This document shows positions 49,747 through 58,338 of a stretch of DNA of 64,000 nucleotides, one piece after another (position 1 is the stretch's first letter; the number at the start of each line of letters is the position of its first letter). The DNA is from Patescibacteria group bacterium (GTDB taxonomy: Bacteria > Patescibacteriota > Patescibacteriia > Buchananbacterales > UBA6539): NCBI GenBank assembly GCA_028688055.1, contig JAQTYZ010000002.1:68256-132255 (forward strand), written 5' to 3'. The position numbers were made by a program, and so were the translations under genes. A model generated the notes under the pieces. The model saw only the letters and a list, made by a program, of their open reading frames with translations. It made no database searches and was not told the origin of the DNA.

Positions 49747-50673
49747 ATGCGTGATGTAGTGGTTGGGTTCTCCTTAAACCCTGAGATCTACTGGACAGGA
49801 ATTCCAGTTCAGTCCGGGATGTTGGCCGGCCAGAAGGTGTCAGCCCAAGCCAGCTGGAGTGTTTCTGGCACGTCGTTTGATGTCGCTTGGGCGTTGCTCC
49901 AAAGTGGCTGCACGCCGTTGCTGCTTGGTGCAGTTGGCGCTGATGACCCGCTTAACCGGGTTATCGAACAACGACTCGGTGAGATCAATATGCCTCACCA
50001 GTTACTCGGCGTGCGCGAGCATACCTGTCTGGCGTCCATTGAACCAGAACATGAACGGCACTTGTCGTTCAAGTCACCGGTCGTCACGGTTGATACCGCG
50101 GCCATCAAGTTGGTCATCGAACAGGAGCAACCGAAATTTCGGGTGGTGACTGGTTTGATGCCTGATGAAAACGAGATTGTGCTAGCCCAGACTTTGCTGG
50201 CGCCCAATGGTGGTATTCGCATCCTCAATCCGCGGCAGGCGTTGACTGGCAATCGGCCGGTATTCAAGGAGATTGTTCAATCGGCCGACTGGCTCTTCAT
50301 GAATCGGTTTGAAGCTGCCGAATTCCTCGAGGTTGGATCGGGTGATCTGCAGTTGTCAATGCTTGAACAGTTCCTTGAGTTGGGACCAAGTCTCGTGGTC
50401 GTCACGATGGATGGCGACGGATCGTTCGCTCTCAGTCGTGAAGGCTTGACAGTGTCAATGCCCTCGCATATTCATGGGCCTAAGGTTGATGAGAAGGGAG
50501 CAGGTGACTGTCTACTCGGTTTCTTCATTGCAGCCACCCTGAAAGGGTGCTCCCCTGAAGATGCGCTTCGCATGGCGACTGTTGCCGCCGGAATTAAGGT
50601 GACCCGTATGGGTACCACCAACATTCCGTCCATGGCCGAAGTCATGGAAGTTGTGAGTCATTATGAGGTGTAA
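49747..50673 (+). CDS. PfkB-family carbohydrate kinase (ribokinase-like), GC-rich
   Basis: C-terminal DEKGAGDCLLGFFIAA (PfkB signature 2). Confidence 0.6.
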   Translation: MRDVVVGFSLNPEIYWTGIPVQSGMLAGQKVSAQASWSVSGTSFDVAWALLQSGCTPLLLGAVGADDPLNRVIEQRLGEINMPHQLLGVREHTCLASIEPEHERHLSFKSPVVTVDTAAIKLVIEQEQPKFRVVTGLMPDENEIVLAQTLLAPNGGIRILNPRQALTGNRPVFKEIVQSADWLFMNRFEAAEFLEVGSGDLQLSMLEQFLELGPSLVVVTMDGDGSFALSREGLTVSMPSHIHGPKVDEKGAGDCLLGFFIAATLKGCSPEDALRMATVAAGIKVTRMGTTNIPSMAEVMEVVSHYEV

Positions 50674-50734
50674 GGCTACGGTCTTGCCCTCTTTTTTTGT
50701 CCGAAATTGAGTAAAGTGTTAAAATACTTTAACT

Positions 50735-52018
50735 ATGCGAGTAATTGCCGATTTACACATCCATTCAAAATTTTCCCGCGCTTGTTCCAAGGACTTAGAT
50801 TTGGAACATAATGATCTTTGGGCGCGAAAAAAGGGGATTGATATTGTCGGGACCGGTGATTTTACCCATCCGGGCTGGATCAAGGAGCTGCAGGAAAAGT
50901 TAATTGAAGAAAAACCGGGGCTATATAAATTGAAAGGCAACCACCTTCGCCAAGGCTCCGGCGGTCAGGCTGCCGGTAAAGTGCTTTTTATGTTAACGAC
51001 TGAATTAAGTTGTATTTATTCTCAGGGCGGCAAGGTTCGACGAATTCATTTGTGCGTTTTTGTTCCGGATTTTGTCACCGTCGAAAAAATTAATACGGCC
51101 TTGGAAAATAAAGGTGTAAATTTAAAATCAGATGGCCGGCCGATTATGGGTTTGCACGCTGATGAACTGACCAAAATAATTATTGATGCTAATCCTGAAT
51201 CTTTGGTTATTCCAGCACACGCTTGGACACCCTGGTTTTCTGTTTTTGGTTCTAACTCAGGCTTTGATACTTTGGAAGAGTGTTTTGGCGCTATGACGCC
51301 ATATATTTATGCCATTGAAACCGGGTTATCATCTGATCCGCCAATGAATTGGCGACTCTCAGCCCTGGATCAGATCACTCTCATTTCAAATTCTGATGCC
51401 CATTCATCGCCCAACTTAGGACGGGAAGCGAATGTTTTTGAAATTGCCGAAAGCAAATTAAGTTATCGTGAAATACGGCGCATTATAAAAAGTAAAGATC
51501 AGAAAAGTTTTTTGTCTACCATTGAATTTTTTCCCGAAGAGGGCAAATATCATTTTGATGGTCATCGCGCCTGTAACGTCAGGCTGTCGCCCGCCGAAAG
51601 TAAAAAACATAAAAATATCTGCCCGGTCTGTAAAAAACCGCTCACGATTGGGGTGATGAATCGGGTTGAGATTTTAGCTGATCGAGCGGAAGGCTATCAA
51701 AATAATTTTATTCCGTTCAAGAGTATTGTTCCGTTGCCGGAAATTATGGCTGAAGTTTTTGAAGTGGGGAAGGGAAGTAAAAAGGTAATGGCTGAATATG
51801 AAAATATGCTAAAAAAAGGGGGTAATGAGTTTAAAATTTTGCTTGATTTACCCATTTCTGAACTGGAAAAGTTTGCCCTGCCGCCAGTCGTTATGGCGAT
51901 CAAAAATATTCGTGGTGGGCTGGTTAAAGCTGTTGCTGGCTATGATGGTGTTTATGGTGTCATTAGTGCCCTTGGCAGCGATCGACGCTGCCAAAGTCAT
52001 CAGCCGACGTTACTATAA
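50735..52018 (+). CDS. Endonuclease Q-like PHP-domain nuclease (TIGR00375-like) with a Zn-ribbon
   Basis: MRVIADLHIHSKFSRACSKD...GIDIVGTGDFTHPGW, a later ...CPVCKK... motif (CxxC half of the Zn ribbon), about 427 aa. Confidence 0.45.
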   Translation: MRVIADLHIHSKFSRACSKDLDLEHNDLWARKKGIDIVGTGDFTHPGWIKELQEKLIEEKPGLYKLKGNHLRQGSGGQAAGKVLFMLTTELSCIYSQGGKVRRIHLCVFVPDFVTVEKINTALENKGVNLKSDGRPIMGLHADELTKIIIDANPESLVIPAHAWTPWFSVFGSNSGFDTLEECFGAMTPYIYAIETGLSSDPPMNWRLSALDQITLISNSDAHSSPNLGREANVFEIAESKLSYREIRRIIKSKDQKSFLSTIEFFPEEGKYHFDGHRACNVRLSPAESKKHKNICPVCKKPLTIGVMNRVEILADRAEGYQNNFIPFKSIVPLPEIMAEVFEVGKGSKKVMAEYENMLKKGGNEFKILLDLPISELEKFALPPVVMAIKNIRGGLVKAVAGYDGVYGVISALGSDRRCQSHQPTLL

Positions 52019-52039
52019 AAAAATTTTATTAAAATAAAA

Positions 52040-52066
52040 ACCCCTGTGTTGCAGGGATTTTTATTT
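52040..52066. terminator. Bidirectional intrinsic terminator
   Basis: AAAAACCCCTGTGTTGCAGGGATTTTTATTT. Confidence 0.65.
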
Positions 52067-52080
52067 ATGAAATCTATAGA

Positions 52081-52161
52081 CTATCTCTTTTTTTTCTTAG
52101 CTGCCTTTTTCTTAGGAGCTTTTTTTGCTACTTTCTTTTTTGCTACTTTCTTTTTTGCCAT
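52081..52161 (-). CDS. Very small Lys/Ala-rich basic peptide (26 aa, MAKKKVAKKKVAKKAPKKKAAKKKKR)
   Basis: Reverse-strand ORF with a GGGGGTGAT ribosome-binding site 7 nt upstream. It ends at the terminator. On the opposite strand it overlaps the implausible poly-Phe ORF 52046-52372. Confidence 0.3.
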   Translation of the reverse strand: MAKKKVAKKKVAKKAPKKKAAKKKKR

Positions 52162-52390
52162 TTGGTATCACCCCCTTCCAATTGTATTGTTTACAAAATT
52201 TTTTTTGTTATTTTATAAACTTTTTATTTTCTATAACAATTTATTTAATTATAAAACTTTTTTTGACAAACAACAATATTTATTTTATAAAACTGTGGAT
52301 AACTTTAAAAAATATTTTATGAAGACGACTTTGATTTTTATTTTTTTCAGCAAGGATTTATGCCCTAATTAGACTTGAAGCTATTATCCG

Positions 52391-52744
52391 TTAATCCGAG
52401 TTGGCTAGCTGGTCTTCCAGCACCTTAATTTCTTCCTCTAATTTTTTTATTGTTGTTTCATAATTCTCTACATTACCGCCATAGCCAATGGCCGATCTCT
52501 CATGCTGAGCCATACCCAAATCAGATTTTGCTTTGGACAGTTCATTCCTTTTTTTATCAAGTATTTGTTGAAGATTAAATTGAAGATTTGTCGTAACATC
52601 CACTGTTGGTTTATCAACATTTTGTTCTTGCGTATTGGCTGGATTTTGATTATTGTCCGCCAGGGGACCATTAATGTTTTTATTTTGGTCACTCAATCGT
52701 TCGGCTGTTTTGCCAAAGGCAAAACAGGCCACAACTACGACCAA
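52391..52744 (-). CDS. Coiled-coil protein, probably N-terminally membrane-anchored, hypothetical
   Basis: The first start is TTG. The upstream in-frame hydrophobic codons have no start codon. C-terminal heptad pattern ...KKLEEEIKVLEDQL. Confidence 0.35.
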   Translation of the reverse strand: MVVVVACFAFGKTAERLSDQNKNINGPLADNNQNPANTQEQNVDKPTVDVTTNLQFNLQQILDKKRNELSKAKSDLGMAQHERSAIGYGGNVENYETTIKKLEEEIKVLEDQLANSD

Positions 52745-52874
52745 GATGAAGATGACAATTCCAAAAATAATGTTTAGAGTCTTTTGGTTAATATTGTTTT
52801 AAAATTAATTAATATCTTAGTAATGAATTTAAAATTTTTTTACCATGAATTCTAATCTAGACTAAAGTGTCAAT

Positions 52875-52930
52875 TTTCTTTAACGCCAACTTCGTTTTGA
52901 AGTTACTCAAAATCAGAATGTAAGACTCTA
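52875..52930. repeat. 52-bp direct repeat B, copy 1 (contains the hairpin AACTTCGTTTTGAAGTT)
   Basis: Repeated at 53934-53992 with one mismatch. Confidence 0.6.
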
Positions 52931-52961
52931 AAAGGTTGGTCGAGTAATCTCAGTTTTTTAA

Positions 52962-53306
52962 TTAATGCGGAAACAAAAATTCGCCAACAATCATAAAAAT
53001 CCAAAATAACCCAACTAAAATGGCCGGGACAAATCCGATCCATAATACCCAGGACCGCTCGCCAAGTCTGTACGCACGAATCGCTGTTATCAGTGCGGCG
53101 ACAGAAATAATTAGTGCTAATAATCCGGTGATAAAACCCATCGTCGCTCCGGTAGTCTCATTGCTAATATTATCTATGATCGGACGAATAATCGCAGCAA
53201 AAATACCTAGGGCTGGAAAAATTAAAAGTGTACTCACCCCTAGCCACATCGCCTGCCAGGCAGTTTTGGTTTTTGGTGTTTCATTAAATTTGCTGACTAT
53301 GTTCAT
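52962..53306 (-). CDS. Small membrane protein (four transmembrane segments), hypothetical
   Basis: Hydrophobicity pattern. Confidence 0.4.
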   Translation of the reverse strand: MNIVSKFNETPKTKTAWQAMWLGVSTLLIFPALGIFAAIIRPIIDNISNETTGATMGFITGLLALIISVAALITAIRAYRLGERSWVLWIGFVPAILVGLFWIFMIVGEFLFPH

Positions 53307-53405
53307 ATTTCTGGTGTAAATATAAGTAGTCTATTGTGGCTTTGGTGTACCTCATTCGTCCTAGTTCGAATTAGATAGTTGGGTAATTTTCAAATTACGC
53401 CCACC

Positions 53406-53828
53406 CTAGGCGTCAATAAAGTTTGTTTTCTTAAGAAAATTTTCTATTTGTTTAATGTGCGGCGGGAAAAGCTCTGGCGGTAGTTCATTGAGCTTAAACC
53501 ATTTCCATTCTTCACATCGGTCAGGTTCTTTTAGGGTAAGTTCACCGTCTGTATTTTGAGCAGTAAACCCTATCTGTAGGTAATGCTGATTGCCGCTTCG
53601 ATCATTAACGACATTCGCAAATTCAAAATTATTTGCCTGTAGTCCGGTCTCTTCCATTAGTTCTCGTGCGGCAGCGTCTTCCATCGCCTCGCCCGTCTCA
53701 AGATGACCACCTGGCAAACCCCACGTACCAGCCCCATAAACACCCTTTCTTTTTCCTAAAAGAAGCTGGTTGTTTTTTACAACAAAAACGTTGATACCGA
53801 TATGAAATGTTTGATATGTATCTTCCAT
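53406..53828 (-). CDS. NUDIX hydrolase
   Basis: Nudix box GLPGGHLETGEAMEDAAARELMEETGL. Confidence 0.75.
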   Translation of the reverse strand: MEDTYQTFHIGINVFVVKNNQLLLGKRKGVYGAGTWGLPGGHLETGEAMEDAAARELMEETGLQANNFEFANVVNDRSGNQHYLQIGFTAQNTDGELTLKEPDRCEEWKWFKLNELPPELFPPHIKQIENFLKKTNFIDA

Positions 53829-53860
53829 AGATATAGATATGTGTAAATATAAATAGTTTA

Positions 53861-53900
53861 AAATGGATTGGACCCGAGCGGGTTTGAGCTCTCACTCCCT
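53861..53900 (-). repeat. Degenerate copy of the tRNA-Ala 3' end plus a conserved leader (att-like remnant)
   Basis: GGACCCGAGCGG shared with the tRNA-Ala at 57286-57362. The flanking AAATAGTTTAAAATGGATTGG resembles the leader at 57251-57285. Confidence 0.5.
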
Positions 53901-53933
53901 GGTAGACAGATGCTTTTGGTGGAACAAGTCTCC

Positions 53934-53992
53934 ATTTTTTTTAACGCCAACTTCGTTTTGAAGTTACTCAAAATCAGAATATAAGACTCTAG
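53934..53992. repeat. 52-bp direct repeat B, copy 2
   Basis: See 52875-52930. Confidence 0.6.
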
Positions 53993-54019
53993 CTAATTGT
54001 CTCTAATAAATCGAAACGT

Positions 54020-56173
54020 CTATTGATAAGTTATCTGCACTCTAGCATGGCTACCAGTTCGCTCTAATAGTTTTATCTTAATATCTGTCCCAGGCCAAAC
54101 CAGGTGGGTTTCTCCGTCTACCGGAATTGTATGTCGATAAGAAGAAACGAAAAGATTATTCGGATCGCTACCAAGATTATTATTGTAGCTATAAAACCAT
54201 TGCTCACCAGCTACTTGGTTTGCCACTCTACCAGTCAATTCGCCGGCACTCAAACGTATGCCATTACCAATGTAGTCGTCGCCACCATTAAACCAAGAAG
54301 GAGCCTCAACAACAGTTTTTTTATTTGGGGCTATTAAATAAACAAAATCAGTGAATGTTTTATCAAAATCTAAAATATAGTTGCTCCCATTCCATCTGTT
54401 ATTGTTTGGTGAAGTAACTAAAACTTGCAATATCAATGGTTTATTAATGTCAGAAGTAAAATCGTCATTATCACTATACAAGTCATAAACCCCTGAACTG
54501 GTAACCATAGTAATTTGACCACTCTTTAACCATCCTAAGGAAGCTCTTTCTAGTGGATCATACCAATTACTGCCTAAATACGGACCCATAGACTGATAAA
54601 ATGGCCCCAGAAACCTTCCTCGCAAAATATCAGGCGCGCAATTTACAAAAATATGTTCATATTTTACTTCAGATGATCCAATAGAATCCGGACAATAAGC
54701 ATTCAACTCTGCATATGCATTAGATAATCCAATGCCATGACCCAGTTCATGCATTATTAGTCCAGTCGTGGTTTGCAGATTATGAATAGTGGCTCCCGGA
54801 CCACAATATAAGCATGCCGGTGAAGGTGATACGCCCTGAGCTCCTGTAAGCCATATTGTCGGATTTGATAAAGAATCAAGGGTTGACTTATAGTAACTAA
54901 AAATTGTCCAGTCAAAATATTGGCGGTAATTAGATCCATCCGCCCCAAGAGATTGTAAGATATTTTTCTGGAGATCGGAAGATTCTATCGACGTTGAGTT
55001 TAGAGGATAATACACTTCTTTAATAAGATAGCTCATTTTTAATTGGCCATTGGACATATTAGAAAATAACTGCGCTAATTTGTCCAAAACCAGGGGACTG
55101 AAATCTCCATAAGGATCCGCGGTGGGCTGATATGCCTGGCTATTTCTTATCTTCAAAAACCAACCAGTTTTATTGCCAATCCATGGCCTGATGTGAAACC
55201 GTGATAACAGGACTGGCTTAATTTGAGGAGTAGCCGTTCCCGTAATATGCCAACTCATGCGATATTGCTCCTGGCCACCACTTTTAACGGCCACAAATTC
55301 ATCACCCAAATTTTCATCATATAAATTATTACTTAAAAAAGGCGCATTACTATATTTGCTTATCGTTGGGCAAATAAATCCTGCCGGGAGATTTGAGCAT
55401 TGCACATTTCCCAACACCCACTGTAAATCTTTAGCGCTATCAAATGAAACGTGAGACGTGACCGTAAATGATGGGTCTGTTGCTGAAGTACCGACCAAGG
55501 TGAGATCAGCCTGATGAGGTCCGTATGGATTTGATAATGCTAATATATTAGAAGGCGTTTCAGACATATAAACATCTACAGTCTCATCAAAAGCATTTGA
55601 CAAATTTGAATTTGAGCACGCCCCATCATTACAGCCATTAGGACAGTTATATTTCCAGCTATTAATCATTTTTTTGGCAGTGGCGCCAGTCGGCATCCAA
55701 TATTTAGTAAATGAAGAACTAAAGTTGGCAGAGTCAAGAATAAAACTCTCTTGTAAGCGGCAATTGGTATCCTGCGCGGTACAAGAGGAAACAGCAGTTG
55801 GTTGGCAGGAACCGCCGGTACAGACATCTTTCATGCATTTATCAGCTATAGCTACTTTGCCAGTACCTTTAACGCATTGCGCGGTACTTTTGGTGTAAAC
55901 ATCAAAATATTTAGTTTTACTGATATCGCCGTTATAAGTTTTAAAAGATGCGGGGTTAACAACGGCGTTCGGATCAAGGCTATTGGCCGTCTCAGCTGTT
56001 TCCGAACAAGTCCAATAGTCATTAGCCGCCATTATTCCGACAACACCAGTTGCCATACTGACGCCAAAAGTTGCCAATACTACAAAGCCACAAATTAGGC
56101 TAATACCAAAAAACACTGTTTTGTGAACAGCAATTTTTTTAGTAGTTATTGTTTGCCAAGGAATTCTGGCCAT
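54020..56173 (-). CDS. Large signal-anchored secreted protein with an HExxH zinc-metalloprotease motif
   Basis: N-terminal transmembrane segment. Cys-rich N-terminal region. LIMHELGHGIGL zincin motif. Confidence 0.5.
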   Translation of the reverse strand: MARIPWQTITTKKIAVHKTVFFGISLICGFVVLATFGVSMATGVVGIMAANDYWTCSETAETANSLDPNAVVNPASFKTYNGDISKTKYFDVYTKSTAQCVKGTGKVAIADKCMKDVCTGGSCQPTAVSSCTAQDTNCRLQESFILDSANFSSSFTKYWMPTGATAKKMINSWKYNCPNGCNDGACSNSNLSNAFDETVDVYMSETPSNILALSNPYGPHQADLTLVGTSATDPSFTVTSHVSFDSAKDLQWVLGNVQCSNLPAGFICPTISKYSNAPFLSNNLYDENLGDEFVAVKSGGQEQYRMSWHITGTATPQIKPVLLSRFHIRPWIGNKTGWFLKIRNSQAYQPTADPYGDFSPLVLDKLAQLFSNMSNGQLKMSYLIKEVYYPLNSTSIESSDLQKNILQSLGADGSNYRQYFDWTIFSYYKSTLDSLSNPTIWLTGAQGVSPSPACLYCGPGATIHNLQTTTGLIMHELGHGIGLSNAYAELNAYCPDSIGSSEVKYEHIFVNCAPDILRGRFLGPFYQSMGPYLGSNWYDPLERASLGWLKSGQITMVTSSGVYDLYSDNDDFTSDINKPLILQVLVTSPNNNRWNGSNYILDFDKTFTDFVYLIAPNKKTVVEAPSWFNGGDDYIGNGIRLSAGELTGRVANQVAGEQWFYSYNNNLGSDPNNLFVSSYRHTIPVDGETHLVWPGTDIKIKLLERTGSHARVQITYQ

Positions 56174-56212
56174 AAATTTTCACTGAATAGTTATAGGCTA
56201 AAATTTATTTAA

Positions 56213-56258
56213 TGGACATCGTCCGAGCCAGCTGGAACCAAGTTATTGAGGCTTTGCT
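56213..56258. repeat. 46-bp repeat A (tRNA-Ala-3'-end-derived), copy 1. It overlaps the stop codon of the VOC gene and forms the leader of the metalloprotease gene
   Basis: TGGACATCGTCCGAGCCAGCTGGAACCAAGTTATTGAGGCTTTGC. Compare 56645-56690. Confidence 0.6.
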
Positions 56259-56608
56259 TGTTTTTCAACAAACTGAACCTTGTTTCCGTCTGGGTCTAAA
56301 ATACTAAAATTTTTGCCCCAATCCTGAATAACCAATTCCTTGTGGATTGAAACATTTTTTTGCTTCAAATTTTCGTACAGATTTTCAATCCCACTCTCTA
56401 AAGAAACAAAAACAGTTTGAGCTCCTGGTATTTCCCGTTCTTCATTTTTTAGTTTGATCCCAAGACGAGCATTATTTGGAAAAATAAAAGCGACGTATTT
56501 GTCGCCCTGCTGGTATTCAACGGTAAAATCAAGAATGTCCTTATAAAACGAAACAACCTTCTCAATGTCGTTGCTATAAAATACTGCGCTGTCTAATTTC
56601 ATATTCAT
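56243..56608 (-). CDS. VOC/glyoxalase-family protein
   Basis: About 120 aa with a beta-alpha-beta-beta-beta module pattern. The C-terminal ...KQAKPQ is encoded within repeat A. Confidence 0.5.
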   Translation of the reverse strand: MNMKLDSAVFYSNDIEKVVSFYKDILDFTVEYQQGDKYVAFIFPNNARLGIKLKNEEREIPGAQTVFVSLESGIENLYENLKQKNVSIHKELVIQDWGKNFSILDPDGNKVQFVEKQAKPQ

Positions 56609-56644
56609 ATTAACGTAGATATGCGTAGTTTAAAATAAATTTGG

Positions 56645-56690
56645 TGGACATCGTCCGAGCCAGTTGGGGCCAGATTATTGAGTCTCTGCT
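56645..56690. repeat. 46-bp repeat A, copy 2
   Basis: TGGACATCGTCCGAGCCAGTTGGGGCCAGATTATTGAGTCTCTGC. Confidence 0.6.
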
Positions 56691-57250
56691 AAAATTTTCA
56701 GAACCACATCACGCAACTTTTCAAACTTCACGTAGCCAGCTTTCTTATTGAAATGCCCTGCATTCGGTACAAAGGAAAGCTCAACGCCAAGATTCTTTGC
56801 AAGTTCTTTGCCGTTTTCTAATCCAACATAGGGGTCATCATCAGACTGAAAAACTACAAAGTGTTTAGCTTTTCCCTTAATCTTGTCCCAATCAAAGGTA
56901 AAACCACTAAAACTACTGTCTCTGTCATAGTTTGCAATAGGGCGAACCCCAATCGGAGTTCCTATGAAGAACGCTGCTTTAACTGGATGTTTTAACTTTT
57001 CTAATACACGCAAAGTGAAAATGCCACCCAAACTATGCCCGATTAGGAAGGTATCTTCGTTGATATACTGCTCATAATTTTTAAGAACATCAAACCATTC
57101 GGATATTTTTGCAGGAACTATTAGTGGCGAAGGGAACTGTGGTACACGCACCTCATATCCTCTTTGTTCCAATTCCTGTTTCATCCACGGAAACCAATTT
57201 TCTCCAGGGTAACCTTCTGTGCCGTGAAATATGAAGGCGTTGTTTTTCAT
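56675..57250 (-). CDS. Alpha/beta hydrolase (RBBP9/YdeN-like serine hydrolase)
   Basis: GHSLGG nucleophile elbow. 191 aa. Confidence 0.6.
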   Translation of the reverse strand: MKNNAFIFHGTEGYPGENWFPWMKQELEQRGYEVRVPQFPSPLIVPAKISEWFDVLKNYEQYINEDTFLIGHSLGGIFTLRVLEKLKHPVKAAFFIGTPIGVRPIANYDRDSSFSGFTFDWDKIKGKAKHFVVFQSDDDPYVGLENGKELAKNLGVELSFVPNAGHFNKKAGYVKFEKLRDVVLKILAETQ

Positions 57251-57285
57251 AGATATTTGTAGATACGAATAGTCTAAAGTGGATT

Positions 57286-57362
57286 TGGTGGACCCGAGCG
57301 GATTCGAACCGCTGACCTCCTGCTTGCAAAGCAGGCATTCTAACCAGCTGAACTACGGGCCC
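57286..57362 (-). tRNA. tRNA-Ala(TGC)
   Basis: Reverse complement GGGCCCGTAGTTCAGCTGGTTAGAATGCCTGCTTTGCAAGCAGG...GGTTCGAATCCGCTCGGGTCCACCA. G3:U70 Ala identity pair. Confidence 0.85.
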
Positions 57363-57440
57363 CCTGTTTAGCCACTGGCAAATAGTTGATCGCAAGTAGT
57401 TATTAATTATTTGCTCTCAGCTATTTACTAACAGCTAATT

Positions 57441-57698
57441 TTATTTTGCCAAACCGCCAAAAAAAGCGTTAAAAAATGCCAGTAACACGACGTTAATTAA
57501 ATTAGTCACTATCATAAAACCAATAATGCTAATCAGGACGCCAATTAATTTATAGGCTAAGCGGCTGCCACCTTCGGTACCGAGATATTTTTCCGCTGAC
57601 GGTATGCCACCAAAATTTTGATAAATCCACTCGGCTTTGATGGTGATAATCGCGCCAGCAACGGCAACAATCAACCCTAAAATTATTTTTCCCAACAT
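57441..57698 (-). CDS. Small membrane protein, hypothetical
   Basis: 85 aa with two or three transmembrane segments, between tRNA genes. Confidence 0.35.
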   Translation of the reverse strand: MLGKIILGLIVAVAGAIITIKAEWIYQNFGGIPSAEKYLGTEGGSRLAYKLIGVLISIIGFMIVTNLINVVLLAFFNAFFGGLAK

Positions 57699-57712
57699 AT
57701 AAAAAACTCCAA

Positions 57713-57786
57713 TGGACGATGTAGGATTCGGACCTACGGCCTTCTCGGTGTAAACGAGACGCTCTAACCAGCTGAGCTAATCGTCC
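57713..57786 (-). tRNA. tRNA-Val(TAC). No encoded CCA
   Basis: Reverse complement GGACGATTAGCTCAGCTGGTTAGAGCGTCTCGTTTACACCGAGA...GGTCCGAATCCTACATCGTCCA. Confidence 0.85.
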
Positions 57787-57797
57787 TTAGATCCAAA

Positions 57798-57881
57798 TGC
57801 GGACGAGAGGACTTGAACCTCCACGGCCTTGCGGCCACAGCCACCTCAAGGCTGCGCGTATACCAGTTCCGCCACGTCCGC
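57798..57881 (-). tRNA. tRNA-Leu(GAG). No encoded CCA
   Basis: Reverse complement GCGGACGTGGCGGAACTGGTATACGCGCAGCCTTGAGGTGGCTG + long variable arm + GGAGGTTCAAGTCCTCTCGTCCGCA. Confidence 0.8.
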
Positions 57882-57893
57882 CCAATTTTGGCT

Positions 57894-58277
57894 TTAATTT
57901 ATTTTAGTTTCCTTCAATCTTTTTTTAGAGGTTCGGAGGTAGTAAAGTTTTGCTTGTCGAGTTTTGGCCTGTTTGATTGGCTCGATTTTCATGACATTCG
58001 GTGAATGAAGGGGAAATATTTTTTCCACGCCAATACCGTCCGAAACTTTTCTGACCGTAATGGTGGCGCCTGGTTGCAGGCCATGCTTATGGGCAATAAT
58101 AATGCCTTCATAAACCTGAATTCTTTTCTTTTCACCCTTGGGACCTTGTTCACTGATTAACTGGTGAACTTTTACCGTCATCCCAGTTTTTAATTCAGGC
58201 AACGCCGCCCGTTCCATTTTACTTTTTTCCGGCTTAGTCTCCTTGTCTGAAGCCTTCTGTTTTTTATCTGCAGCCAT
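57894..58277 (-). CDS. rplS: 50S ribosomal protein L19
   Basis: [62 protein letters not shown]. Confidence 0.85.
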   Translation of the reverse strand: MAADKKQKASDKETKPEKSKMERAALPELKTGMTVKVHQLISEQGPKGEKKRIQVYEGIIIAHKHGLQPGATITVRKVSDGIGVEKIFPLHSPNVMKIEPIKQAKTRQAKLYYLRTSKKRLKETKIN

Positions 58278-58338
58278 ATTTTTGCTTAAAGTTTAAAAAA
58301 TTAATACCTAACAACTATAATCTAAAACGATCCAAAAG

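Noticed and set aside
52046-52372. 108-aa poly-Phe/Leu ORF
   Set aside because: Its extreme low complexity (FFATFFFATFFFA) arises from the antisense of an AAG/AAA-rich stretch. The opposite strand has a better-supported tiny basic-peptide ORF and the ORF overlaps a terminator.
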